From Alphaproteobacteria bacterium (GTDB lineage Bacteria; Pseudomonadota; Alphaproteobacteria; UBA7887): a stretch of DNA of 64,000 nucleotides. The DNA lies in contig CBDCGL010000011.1 in NCBI GenBank assembly GCA_965216755.1, positions 4,448,001 to 4,512,000 of the forward strand, read 5' to 3'. A model generated the notes under the pieces. That model saw only the letters and a list, made by a program, of their open reading frames with translations. It was not told the origin of the DNA and did no database searches. Positions 16,534 to 26,007 of this stretch are shown here, in pieces. Made by a program: the position numbers and the translations under genes. How positions within the stretch are numbered: position 1 is the first letter of the stretch; every line of letters begins with the position of its first letter.

Positions 16534-17552
16534 CAAGTGTTGCCCTGACGCAGAAGCGCATTGAAATCTGTCGACGGTCTATCGCCGCCGGCGTCGGCGA
16601 TCTGTTGCCGAATCGCGGCGCCAAACGGTTGTGCCGGATCTTCGTAAAGCACCCCGACCGCCATGGGAAAGGTGGGCGGCTGCATATGGGCCAACATGGT
16701 CGCCAAGGCATGGTTGGCCTTGTCGTGGACCAACAAGTCAGCCTCGGTCACGCCATTTTCACCCAGTGTCACGACTTCCAGGGCATGGCGGCTGGGGTCG
16801 ACCACCGCCCGCAATCCGCGGTTCCGATCTTTGCCGAAGGTCAACGGTTTGCCATGTTCAACCAAGATCTGTTGGTCGGCGGCGACAGATCGGTCGGTGA
16901 AGTTGGCGAACACTTTGTCGTTGTAGACAATGCAATTCTGAAAGATCTCGACGAACGACGTGCCTTCATGGGCGCGCGCGGCCTTCAGGACTTCGCCGAG
17001 GGGCTTGATTGCCGTATCAATACCGCGCGCGACAAAACGGGCGCCGGCGCCCAGCGCCAACGTGCACGGCGACACCGGCGCTTCGATGGAGCCAAGCGGT
17101 GTCGACGGAGAGCGCGTCCCTTGACGTGACGTCGGCGAATATTGGCCTTTGGTCAGGCCATAGATCTCGTTGTTAAACAGCAATATCTGCACGTCGATAT
17201 TGCGCCTGAGGCTATGGATCAAATGATTGCCGCCAATGCTCAAGCCGTCGCCATCGCCGGTGATAATCCAGACGTCGAGCTCTGGATTGGCGAGCTTGAC
17301 ACCCGTGGCGACGGCGGGCGCGCGGCCGTGGATGGTGTGAAACCCATAGGTTTCCATGTAATAGGGCAGGCGTGACGAACAGCCGATGCCCGAGACGAAC
17401 ACAGTCTTCTCGCGTTGTGCGCCGGCCTCGGCCAGCGTCTTTTGCAGTGCACGCAAAATGGCATAGTCGCCGCAGCCGGGACACCAACGAACTTCCTGGT
17501 CGGTTGCGAAATCGGCGGGTTTTAAGCCCTCGACCCGGGGGGTGATGGTCAT
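16518..17552 (-). CDS. korB: 2-oxoacid:ferredoxin oxidoreductase beta subunit
   Basis: WCPGCGDY, VSGIGCSSR, TIHGRA, GDGDGLSIGGNH (TPP binding), NNEIYGLTKGQYSPT. Confidence 0.93.
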   Translation of the reverse strand: MTITPRVEGLKPADFATDQEVRWCPGCGDYAILRALQKTLAEAGAQREKTVFVSGIGCSSRLPYYMETYGFHTIHGRAPAVATGVKLANPELDVWIITGDGDGLSIGGNHLIHSLRRNIDVQILLFNNEIYGLTKGQYSPTSRQGTRSPSTPLGSIEAPVSPCTLALGAGARFVARGIDTAIKPLGEVLKAARAHEGTSFVEIFQNCIVYNDKVFANFTDRSVAADQQILVEHGKPLTFGKDRNRGLRAVVDPSRHALEVVTLGENGVTEADLLVHDKANHALATMLAHMQPPTFPMAVGVLYEDPAQPFGAAIRQQIADAGGDRPSTDFNALLRQGNTWTVDS

Positions 17553-17553
17553 G

Positions 17554-19449
17554 TCAAACCTCCAGCTCGGCGCGGATCGCCGCGTCCAATTCGGCAACTT
17601 TTAGCGGTTGTCCGTTGACTTTGCTAAGCCCCTTGGCGGGCAGAAGATATTCGCTGCGCAGCATCCGGACCAATTGTCCGGTGTTGAGTTCGGGCACCAA
17701 GATCTTTTCATAGCCACGCAACAATTCCTCGAGATTTCTGGGGAACGGCCACAGATAGCGCAGGTGCACATGGGATACGTCGAGGCCTTGCTCGCGCGCC
17801 ACACGCACGGCCCGATCGATCGGACCATAGGTGGATCCCCATCCGACCACGACCAGACGACCACCGGGTTCGCCGCAGTCGACTGTCTGTTCAGGGATAT
17901 GCTCAGCAATCCCCGCGATCTTAGCGACTCGGGTATCGGTCATTTTCTGGTGGTTGTCGGGGTCGTAGGAGATGTTGCCGCTGTCATAGTCCTTCTCGAG
18001 GCCGCCGATCCGATGTTCCAGGCCCGGCGTTCCCGGCACCGCCCAGGCCCGGGCGAGGGTCTGCGGATCGCGCAGGAAAGGATGGAAGCCGTCCGGATCC
18101 GTGTGGAACTTAACCGGGAATCGGTCATAACCGTTGATGTCCGGAATCAACCACGGTTCGGCCGCGTTGGCGAGAAAGCCGTCGGTGAGCAGAATGACCG
18201 GTGTCATGAACTGGGTCGCCAAACGCGCCGCCTCGATCGCCATGTCGAAGCAGCTGGCCGGCGTGTACGCGGCCAACACGGCCAAGGGCGTATCGCCATT
18301 TCGGCCCCACACCGCTTGGAACAGGTCGGATTGCTCGGTCTTGGTCGGCATGCCGGTCGACGGTCCGGCACGTTGCGAGTTGACCACGATCAACGGCAGC
18401 TCGGCCGCGACGGCCAAGCCAAGCGCCTCTGACTTCAAGGCAATACCTGGGCCCGAGCTCGAGGTTACCCCCAGGCAGCCGGCATAAGATGCGCCGATGG
18501 CCGAGCAAACCGCCGCGATTTCATCTTCGGCTTGAAAGGTGACAACGCCGTATTTCTTAAGACTGGCCAAAATATGCAGCAACGGCGAGGCCGGCGTGAT
18601 CGGATAGGACCCGAGAAACAGTTTCAAATCGGCAAAATGGGCGCCGGCCGCCAAGCCCCAAGACAACGCTTCACTACCGGTGATCGCGCGATACTCGCCC
18701 GGCGGGATGTCAGCTGGCGGTACGATATAGCCGTGTAGCCCGGGCGCCATTTCGGCGGTTTCACCGTAGGCATGTCCGGCATTGAGCGCGGCAATGTTGG
18801 CGTTCGCGATGTCGTCGCGTTCGGAAAACTTCGTCTTCAGCCAGTCCGTGGTGGGTGTGCGGTCACGGTCGTAAAGCCACATGACCAATCCCAGCGCAAA
18901 CATGTTTTTGCTGCGCACGGCCTCTTTTTGCGAAAGGCCAAAGGGTTTCACTGCGTTCAGCGTCATCGATGTCAACGGGATGCGGATCGTGCGAAACACA
19001 TCCGCGCCGCCGGTTTCCAGCGGATTCGACTGATATCCGGCCTTGCGCAAGTTCTTGTCGGTGAAGGCGTCTTCGTCGACGATCAGCAGGCCGCCCTCTT
19101 TGAGCTCACCCAGATTGACCTTCAAGGCCGCCGGGTTCATGGCGACCAACGCATCCGGCGCATCGCCGACCGTCAAAATCTTGCGCGCGCCAAGGTGGAT
19201 TTGAAACGCGGACACCCCGAACGTCGTGCCGGTCGGTGCGCGGATCTCTGCGGGAAAATCGGGAAACGTGGCCAAATCATTGCCGGCGAGCGCGCTCGCC
19301 AGTGTGAATTGGCTGCCCGTCAATTGCATGCCGTCACCCGAATCCCCCGCGAACCGAATGACGACCGATTCGCGTGTTTCGCGATCACCTTCTTGCGTCT
19401 CAATCGTGGTGGACGCTCCGACGCTGCCTTCCATAGCCCAATCGCTCAT
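17554..19449 (-). CDS. korA: 2-oxoacid:ferredoxin oxidoreductase alpha subunit (gamma-alpha fusion)
   Basis: IRFAGDSGDGMQLTG, FPAEIRAP, SYPITPAS, QAEDEIAA, SSGPG, QRAGPSTGMPTKTEQSD. Confidence 0.93.
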   Translation of the reverse strand: MSDWAMEGSVGASTTIETQEGDRETRESVVIRFAGDSGDGMQLTGSQFTLASALAGNDLATFPDFPAEIRAPTGTTFGVSAFQIHLGARKILTVGDAPDALVAMNPAALKVNLGELKEGGLLIVDEDAFTDKNLRKAGYQSNPLETGGADVFRTIRIPLTSMTLNAVKPFGLSQKEAVRSKNMFALGLVMWLYDRDRTPTTDWLKTKFSERDDIANANIAALNAGHAYGETAEMAPGLHGYIVPPADIPPGEYRAITGSEALSWGLAAGAHFADLKLFLGSYPITPASPLLHILASLKKYGVVTFQAEDEIAAVCSAIGASYAGCLGVTSSSGPGIALKSEALGLAVAAELPLIVVNSQRAGPSTGMPTKTEQSDLFQAVWGRNGDTPLAVLAAYTPASCFDMAIEAARLATQFMTPVILLTDGFLANAAEPWLIPDINGYDRFPVKFHTDPDGFHPFLRDPQTLARAWAVPGTPGLEHRIGGLEKDYDSGNISYDPDNHQKMTDTRVAKIAGIAEHIPEQTVDCGEPGGRLVVVGWGSTYGPIDRAVRVAREQGLDVSHVHLRYLWPFPRNLEELLRGYEKILVPELNTGQLVRMLRSEYLLPAKGLSKVNGQPLKVAELDAAIRAELEV

Positions 19450-19852
19450 TGTTTGATTTTGCCGCGCGCACCAGCCCGCCGCACTTGCCAGCGCACCTTA
19501 TCGTCTTGGCTGCTGCCACTCTATCTGGTTTCGTCGACCGCTGTTGCCAATGGCCCACATAGGCGCGCATATGTTGGCCATCGCGCAAACCGGTCCTGCA
19601 AGAGATTCGATGCTGCCCAGAGGCCTCGATTCCTTAGCCTTCTTTGCAGCCCAGATATAACCATATGACCTAGCCGCATACTAGACTATCAAGCGGAAGT
19701 GATGGCCTTTTCGTGCGGATCCGCAACAGCCTGTGTTGTTGTCGTCGCAGTCCCTTGGTGGAGGTCTGCCGGTACGTCGCACAATGGCCGGACTTGCCTG
19801 GGGTCGGCGCGCGCGATTGAATGGGCGTGAGCAGATCGGATGGGAGGTTCTG

Positions 19853-20635
19853 ATGGAGCAGAGAGCAATCGAAGGGGCGGTCGACGTGCTTATGGTCTCG
19901 CGCCGCCAACGCAAGCGCCTGGCGAGCCTGCCGCCCGCGCAGAAGCCGGAGTCGGTCGATGACGGCTATGCGATCCAGAACCAGCTCGTTGCCCAGCTTG
20001 GCAAGGCTGTCGGCTGGAAAGTTGGAGCCACGAACGACGCCGTCCAGGAAATGCTCGGTCTCACCGAGCCGTTTTCGGGTCGGGTGCTGGTGACCAGCGC
20101 GTTCGATAGCCCAGCGGATCTCGATACCAACAACTATTTCATGCGCGGGCTTGAAGTAGAGTTCGCGTTTCGGACCGCCGCCACGCTTTCGTCCGCCGAT
20201 GGCCCATTTGACGAGAGCACGGTCGCCGCTGCTGTCGGCGCAGTGCATCCAGCGATCGAAGTCATTGATTCGTGCTTTGAGAGCTGGACAACGGTCGGCG
20301 CGCCAAGCCTGATCGCCGACAATGGCAGTCATGGCGCGTTGGTGCTCGGGCGTGGCGAATCTAACTGGGGTGGTTGGGACATCGGCGCCGCGGCAGTCTC
20401 GATCACCATCGGCACGGAACGGATTTCCGATGGTCACGGCCGCAATGCGCTGGGTCATCCATTGAACTCGCTGGTGTGGCTGGCGAATGATCTGGCGCGG
20501 CGCGGCCGCGATTTGCCGGCCGGATCCATTGTGACAACGGGCAGTTGCTGTAGCGCGTTGGCCTGGGCGCAAGCTGGCGATTCGGCGGAGGCTCAAATCG
20601 ATGGTCTTCAGCCGGTCGTCATTAATTTCGTGTGA
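19853..20635 (+). CDS. 2-keto-4-pentenoate hydratase-like protein (FAH family)
   Basis: GYAIQ, GWKVGAT, LEVEFAF, PAIEVIDS, IADNGSHG, LGHPLNSLVWLAN, IVTTGS. gggagg RBS before ATG 19853. Confidence 0.88.
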   Translation: MEQRAIEGAVDVLMVSRRQRKRLASLPPAQKPESVDDGYAIQNQLVAQLGKAVGWKVGATNDAVQEMLGLTEPFSGRVLVTSAFDSPADLDTNNYFMRGLEVEFAFRTAATLSSADGPFDESTVAAAVGAVHPAIEVIDSCFESWTTVGAPSLIADNGSHGALVLGRGESNWGGWDIGAAAVSITIGTERISDGHGRNALGHPLNSLVWLANDLARRGRDLPAGSIVTTGSCCSALAWAQAGDSAEAQIDGLQPVVINFV

Positions 20636-20656
20636 CCGGAATTCGAGGGGGTTGAT

Positions 20657-21697
20657 ATGACACAGCGTTGGGTCAACCGGCCACCCGGCTCGAACTGGGG
20701 CGATTTCGGTGACGATGATCGGCGCGGCCGGTTGAATCTCATCACCGCGGAAAAAGTCCGCCAGGGCATCGCCGAAGTGCGTGAAGGGCGAACATTTTGC
20801 CTCAGCTTGCCGCTGGACTATCCCGGCGGCAATGTGCTCAACCCGCGGCGTCATCCGCCGAAGCTTGCCGCAACTTTGCGCGAAGGGCGTGCCAACTATC
20901 TGTACCCCTTTGCCCTAGAGAACCCCGATCATGTCGACATTGTCTGTGACGACACGGCGTTGATCACCCTGCAATACTCGACGCAGTTCGACAGTCTGGC
21001 GCACGTTGGCCAAATGTTCGATGCCGACGGCGATGGTGTGCCCGAACCGGTTTTTTATAACGGCTGGCGCGGTGGCGATCATGTGCGCGGGCCGGACAAT
21101 GGTGGCGGCGGCGTCAACGGTCCACAATTGCACGGCGTGAATGCTGGTCCGCTCGGCATTGACACAATGGCCGAAGCCTGCGCGCAAGGGCGCGCGGTGA
21201 TGATCGACTTGGAGCGCCACATCGGCCGCGAGCGGGTCGCGGTCGACTATGACCAACTCATGCGGATCATGGATGGCGACAGGGTGGTGGTTGAGGCCGG
21301 CGACATGGTTTGTTTGTTCACGGGTTTCGCCGACTTGATCTTGTCGATGGATCGCGCACCGGATGGTGATGTGCTGCACAATGCTTGCGCGGCGCTTGAC
21401 GGGCGCGACGAACGGCTTTTGCAGTGGGTGACAGATTCAAATCTGAGCGTGCTAATCGCAGACAATTATGCGGTGGAGGATGTCCCGGGTCGCCCCGGCG
21501 CGGGCCGACACGCCGCCATGCCGTTGCACGAACTTTGCCTGTTCAAATTGGGCGTACATCTGGGCGAGCTTTTCAATCTGGGAGATTTGGCGCGCTGGTT
21601 GCGTGCCAACGGCCGCAACCGCTTCTTGTTGACCGCGCCGCCTTTGCGATTGCCTGGCGCGGTCGGCTCGCCCGTGCCTGCCGTCGGCACTGTGTAA
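20657..21697 (+). CDS. Cyclase family (kynurenine formamidase-like) metal-dependent hydrolase
   Basis: SNWGDFGDDDRRGRLN, QYSTQFDSLAH, ADNYAVE, LHELCLFKLGVHLGE, APPLRLPGAVGSP. Confidence 0.85.
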   Translation: MTQRWVNRPPGSNWGDFGDDDRRGRLNLITAEKVRQGIAEVREGRTFCLSLPLDYPGGNVLNPRRHPPKLAATLREGRANYLYPFALENPDHVDIVCDDTALITLQYSTQFDSLAHVGQMFDADGDGVPEPVFYNGWRGGDHVRGPDNGGGGVNGPQLHGVNAGPLGIDTMAEACAQGRAVMIDLERHIGRERVAVDYDQLMRIMDGDRVVVEAGDMVCLFTGFADLILSMDRAPDGDVLHNACAALDGRDERLLQWVTDSNLSVLIADNYAVEDVPGRPGAGRHAAMPLHELCLFKLGVHLGELFNLGDLARWLRANGRNRFLLTAPPLRLPGAVGSPVPAVGTV

Positions 21698-21730
21698 GGG
21701 GACTGCACCATGGCGTTGCGGCCGGCCTAG

Positions 21731-21934
21731 ATGATTGCCGGGGTGGCCCAGCGACTCGGTACGGCGCAATGGTTCATGCCGCCCAACTGGCCCAGTCAAC
21801 TGTTCTTGTGGATTTGCCAAGAGACCACGCCAACGGCATCCGAGGGCCCGAACCGGCTCAAGCGGTTTCCGGACAAGGGTCCGACTGCGTACGTCTTCGA
21901 CATTACGAAGATATACCCGCCATCCAAACCATAA
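21731..21934 (+). pseudogene. C-terminal fragment resembling the DUF3291 family
   Basis: QWFMPP..QLFLWI..TTPTASEG..RL..KGPTAYVF..YPP resembles my recollection of the DUF3291 C-terminus (WF..LWW..P..E..RL..GPT..AF..FP). An upstream RBS+ATG (21709) stops after six codons. Confidence 0.5.
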
Positions 21935-21939
21935 GTGCA

Positions 21940-23241
21940 CTATCCGCCGGCGATGAGGGCGAGGGCATGGTGGGCGGCTTCGGCCACGTCTTTGTCGCTG
22001 TCTTGGGAAACGCGGCGCAGCGCGTCACCAGCAGCGACTGCGGCAGGGCCAATTTGACCAAGAGTGTCAGCGGCGACGCGCCGCACGTGCGCGCGATCGT
22101 CTGCCAAGGCATTGACCAGCGCGGGCACGGCCGCCGCGCCGGCACGTACCAAGCCGCGGGCACTCGACCATCGGACATGCTCGTCGTCGTCTAGGACCCC
22201 ATCACGCAGCACCGATAGCGTCACTTCATCCTCGGGCGCGATTTGACTAAGCGCGCTGATCGCGGCGCGGCGCTGCCTTGGGTCAATATCGCCCGCGGTA
22301 TCGCGCAGCAGATCGAGGCCCGATCGCGCCGGCGGGCCGATGCGACCGAGGGCCGTCGCCGCCGCAAAGCGAATTTCGGGCTCTGGGTCATTCAGGGAAT
22401 CGACCAGTGGGGGCAGCACTTTTTCCAGGTTCAGTCGGTGCAAAAGCGGCGAGTGGTGCGTTCGTACGCTAGCGGTCAGGGGCCGGACGTCGTCGACCAG
22501 CGCCGCCAATTCATCGTCCCAAGCCAGCCCGGCGGGCCAATATTTGTCGGCGCCAACCCGTCCCATCGCCGTGACCACTGCCTTGCGGACATGCACATTG
22601 CGGTCGGCGATTGCGGCGACCAAATCGGGCAGTCCCGCGCGGGCGCCGGCGCCGATGCCGCCAATCGTTTGGGCGGCCAACATACGGACCCCCGGGTCTT
22701 CGTCGGCAAGACGCGCGCGCAGTGCCGGGATTGCGTGCGCACCCATTTTTGCCAATGAAACCGCGGCGGCGTCGCGAACGGCAGAATCCGAGTCTTGCAG
22801 GGCTGATCCGATTGCGGGGATGACCGTCTCTTTTTTGCTCGAAAAAGCGCCCAAGGCCAAGCATGCCGCCACGCGCACCACCGGCGACGGATCGTCGAGT
22901 GCTACGAGCAGTGCCGGAACAGCGATGTCGGGTTCTTCGGCGATACGTTCCAGCGCCACGGCGGCGGCGATTTTGACGGAATCGTTATTTGATCCACCAA
23001 CCAGTTCGGCCAGCTGTGGAACCGCGCCAGAGGCGCTGCGACCATAGTTCCCGAGCGCCTCGGCGGCGGTGACCTGGGCTTCGGCCTGACCTTGACCCAG
23101 CGTTTCCATCAAGGTGTGCAGGCTTCCGCTGCTCTGGGCGTCCTGGCCGAATGCCGGACCGGTGACCGACAGCGAAACCGCCAATATCGCGGCAATCCGC
23201 CGTATCGACGCAGTTCCTGTTCCGGTGATGACAAAATTCAT
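21940..23241 (-). CDS. Secreted HEAT/PBS-lyase-like repeat protein
   Basis: Signal peptide (RRIAAILAVSLSVTGPAFG-QD) and about ten VPAL...L.D....VR..AA.ALG repeats. Confidence 0.85.
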   Translation of the reverse strand: MNFVITGTGTASIRRIAAILAVSLSVTGPAFGQDAQSSGSLHTLMETLGQGQAEAQVTAAEALGNYGRSASGAVPQLAELVGGSNNDSVKIAAAVALERIAEEPDIAVPALLVALDDPSPVVRVAACLALGAFSSKKETVIPAIGSALQDSDSAVRDAAAVSLAKMGAHAIPALRARLADEDPGVRMLAAQTIGGIGAGARAGLPDLVAAIADRNVHVRKAVVTAMGRVGADKYWPAGLAWDDELAALVDDVRPLTASVRTHHSPLLHRLNLEKVLPPLVDSLNDPEPEIRFAAATALGRIGPPARSGLDLLRDTAGDIDPRQRRAAISALSQIAPEDEVTLSVLRDGVLDDDEHVRWSSARGLVRAGAAAVPALVNALADDRAHVRRVAADTLGQIGPAAVAAGDALRRVSQDSDKDVAEAAHHALALIAGG

Positions 23242-23418
23242 GGCGCTCAAAATCGGACCCGAATGACGGTTCGGCCCCCTTTGTTATTTTCGTTCACCCG
23301 ACCGGCCGCGTTGGCTGAATCCGGCACGCGTCCGCTGATCTGTCGGCAGTCGCCGACACCGCGTACACTATAGTACAAAGCCATACGAGATTTTATCAGC
23401 ACGATGTAGGGAGCGGTC

Positions 23419-25062
23419 ATGCTACGTGGACTGATGATGGACATGCCTTTGATGGTGTCGTCCTTGATCCGATATGCGGCGGAATATCACGGTGAACGGG
23501 AAATGGTGTCGGTGTTGCCAGACGGCGGTCAGCATCGGACCAATTACGCCGAAATCCATGGTCGTGCGCAAAAGCTGGCCAATATGTTGACGGGCATGGG
23601 GATCGGCGTCGGTGATCGGGTCGGCACCCTGGCGTGGAACACGCACCGCCATGTTGAGCTCTATTTTGGCATTTCCGGCATGGGCGCCGTCTGCCACACG
23701 ATCAACCCGCGGCTGTTCCCGGATCAGATCAATTACATCATCAATCACGCCGAAGATCGCATTCTGTTTGTCGATACCACCTTCGTGCCGTTGTTGGAGG
23801 GGATGGTGGACTCGCTCACCGGCTTGGAAGCGATCGTAATTATGACCGATCCCGCGCACATGCCCGAGACGACTTTGCCAAACGTGCATTGCTACGAAAC
23901 GCTGCTCGCGCCGCACAAAGACAGTTTCGATTGGCCGCTGTTCGACGAGAATACGGCGGCAGCACTGTGCTACACGTCTGGCACGACTGGCAATCCAAAG
24001 GGGGTTTTGTATAGCCATCGCAGCACGGTGATCCACGCGTTCTGCGCCTGCTCCAAAGACACACTGGGCGTGTCGAGCAATGACACGATCTTGGTGATCG
24101 TGCCGCTGTTTCACGCCTGCGCTTGGGGCATGCCGTATGCTGCCGCCATGTCGGGCGCCAAACTGGTGCTGCCAGGGGCCGACCTTGATGGCGAGACGCT
24201 GCACCGCTTGATCCATGCCGAAGGGATTACCGCCAGCGCGGCGGTACCGACCGTTTGGCTGGGTTTGCTGCAATATTTGGACAGTACAGGTAATGATCTC
24301 GGCAAGCTGGAACGGGTCGCGATCGGCGGCACGGCACCGCCGCCGTCGATGATCGAGACCTTACAAAACCGCTACAACGTCCGCGTGATTCATGCCTGGG
24401 GCATGACCGAGACCAGCCCCTTGGGCACCACCGGCACTTTGAAGGCCTCGGCAAAGGCATTGCCGCCGGAAGAGCAATTCCGCCTGCAGCAAAAGCAGGG
24501 ACGTGGCATTTACGGTGTAGAGATGAAGATCGTCGACGATGACGGCCGTGAACTGCCGCGCGACGGCGTGGCGTTTGGCAATTTGCTGGTGCGCGGTCCG
24601 TGGATCGCGTCGGGCTATTTCAAGGGTGAAGGCGGCGACCCCTTGACCGATGACGGCTGGTTCCCGACCGGCGACGTGTCGACGATCGATCCCCACGGTT
24701 ACATGCAAATCACCGATCGCGCCAAGGACGTGATCAAGTCGGGTGGTGAATGGATCAGCTCGATCGATTTGGAGAACGCCGCCGCCGGACACCCGGATGT
24801 CCATGAGGCCGCGGTCATTGGCGTGCGTCATCCGAAATGGGACGAACGACCCCTGCTGATTGTCGTGCCGGCCGAAGGCAAAACACCGGATAAAGATGAC
24901 TTGTTAGGCTATTTATCAGATAAGGTCGCCAAATGGTGGTTGCCGGATGATGTCGTGATTGTTGACGAATTGCCGCACACGGCGACGGGAAAGGTGACGA
25001 AGTTAGCACTACGCGAACAATTTTCGGACTATCAATTGCCAACGGTGTCTGCCGATTCATGA
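23419..25062 (+). CDS. Acyl-CoA synthetase (AlkK / DmdB-like medium-chain or methylmercaptopropionate CoA ligase)
   Basis: [60 protein letters not shown]. Confidence 0.92.
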   Translation: MLRGLMMDMPLMVSSLIRYAAEYHGEREMVSVLPDGGQHRTNYAEIHGRAQKLANMLTGMGIGVGDRVGTLAWNTHRHVELYFGISGMGAVCHTINPRLFPDQINYIINHAEDRILFVDTTFVPLLEGMVDSLTGLEAIVIMTDPAHMPETTLPNVHCYETLLAPHKDSFDWPLFDENTAAALCYTSGTTGNPKGVLYSHRSTVIHAFCACSKDTLGVSSNDTILVIVPLFHACAWGMPYAAAMSGAKLVLPGADLDGETLHRLIHAEGITASAAVPTVWLGLLQYLDSTGNDLGKLERVAIGGTAPPPSMIETLQNRYNVRVIHAWGMTETSPLGTTGTLKASAKALPPEEQFRLQQKQGRGIYGVEMKIVDDDGRELPRDGVAFGNLLVRGPWIASGYFKGEGGDPLTDDGWFPTGDVSTIDPHGYMQITDRAKDVIKSGGEWISSIDLENAAAGHPDVHEAAVIGVRHPKWDERPLLIVVPAEGKTPDKDDLLGYLSDKVAKWWLPDDVVIVDELPHTATGKVTKLALREQFSDYQLPTVSADS

Positions 25063-25232
25063 GATGTATCAAGGACGCCTTGATGGCCGTCTCGATCGTT
25101 GCCGCCGTGATGATGTTTGATCGGATGGCTCACGCGCCCGTGCTCCCCTTTGTTATCGACAACGGCACCCGGGTGGTGCCGTTGGCACGCACGCTGGACG
25201 CGCTGCGGGCGGAACGCGCCATGGCCGAATGA
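25059..25232 (+). CDS. 57-aa hypothetical small protein, not in the ORF track
   Basis: Its ATG overlaps the ligase stop (ATGA) and its TGA is 1 nt before the protease [39 protein letters not shown]... Confidence 0.4.
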   Translation: MRCIKDALMAVSIVAAVMMFDRMAHAPVLPFVIDNGTRVVPLARTLDALRAERAMAE

Positions 25233-25233
25233 C

Positions 25234-26007
25234 GTGACCCGCCACGTGGCCCGACGTACGCTTGTGACCGCTCTGTTGGTGTGCCTTGCCGCGGCATTGG
25301 CCGCGACGGGTGGTGCCGGAGAGGTGAAGCTACCGGGAATCATCGGCGACGATAATCGTGAGCCCCTCGACTCGGGCGCGTGGCCGTGGCTGGCGATCGG
25401 CCGCGTGCATCAAGGCACTGGCGCCCATTGTACGGGTATCTTGGTCGCCCCCGATGTGGTGTTGACCGCCGCGCATTGCTTGTATCACGCGCGCACGGGT
25501 CGACGCCTGCCGGCGACGGAAATGCATTTTGTCGCCGGTTATCGACGCGGCGATTACGTGGCCCATGGGCGCGCCCGTGCCGTCCATGCACCGTCTGAAT
25601 ATCGTCTGCTGCGCGAACCGGACGTGTCGACGTTGGCGCATGATTGGGCGTTGCTTTGTCTGCCGATGCCCATGCCGATCACACCGGTGCTGGTGCGCAC
25701 CTTGACGGCGGACGAAATCGGCGCCGGTCGCCCATTGTCACGCGCCGGCTATAGCCAGGACAGGCCGCATTTGTTGTCGGTTCACGCCGGTTGCCGTGTG
25801 ACCGCCGGCGGCGCCGAGGCCGACGTTCTGGTCACGGACTGCGACGCCACACGCGGTGACTCAGGGTCACCGCTGATGCTCTTGGAAGGCGACCATGCAT
25901 GGGTCGTCGGTGTCACGACAGGTGTCGTCAGCGCTGGCCATGGGCGTGGCAGCTATGCCGTCAACGCCTCGCAGTTCGCCGACCCGGCGGAACTCTGCTC
26001 GGGCTAG
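25234..26007 (+). CDS. Secreted trypsin-like (V8/Glu-endopeptidase-like) serine protease
   Basis: CTGILV, LTAAHC, DWALL, DCDATRGDSGSP, plus a signal peptide. Confidence 0.9.
   Translation: MTRHVARRTLVTALLVCLAAALAATGGAGEVKLPGIIGDDNREPLDSGAWPWLAIGRVHQGTGAHCTGILVAPDVVLTAAHCLYHARTGRRLPATEMHFVAGYRRGDYVAHGRARAVHAPSEYRLLREPDVSTLAHDWALLCLPMPMPITPVLVRTLTADEIGAGRPLSRAGYSQDRPHLLSVHAGCRVTAGGAEADVLVTDCDATRGDSGSPLMLLEGDHAWVVGVTTGVVSAGHGRGSYAVNASQFADPAELCSG

Noticed and set aside
20657-21697. Link between the 'cyclase family' gene and the nucleotide cyclases
   Set aside because: The link is in name only. This is an unrelated kynurenine formamidase-like hydrolase.
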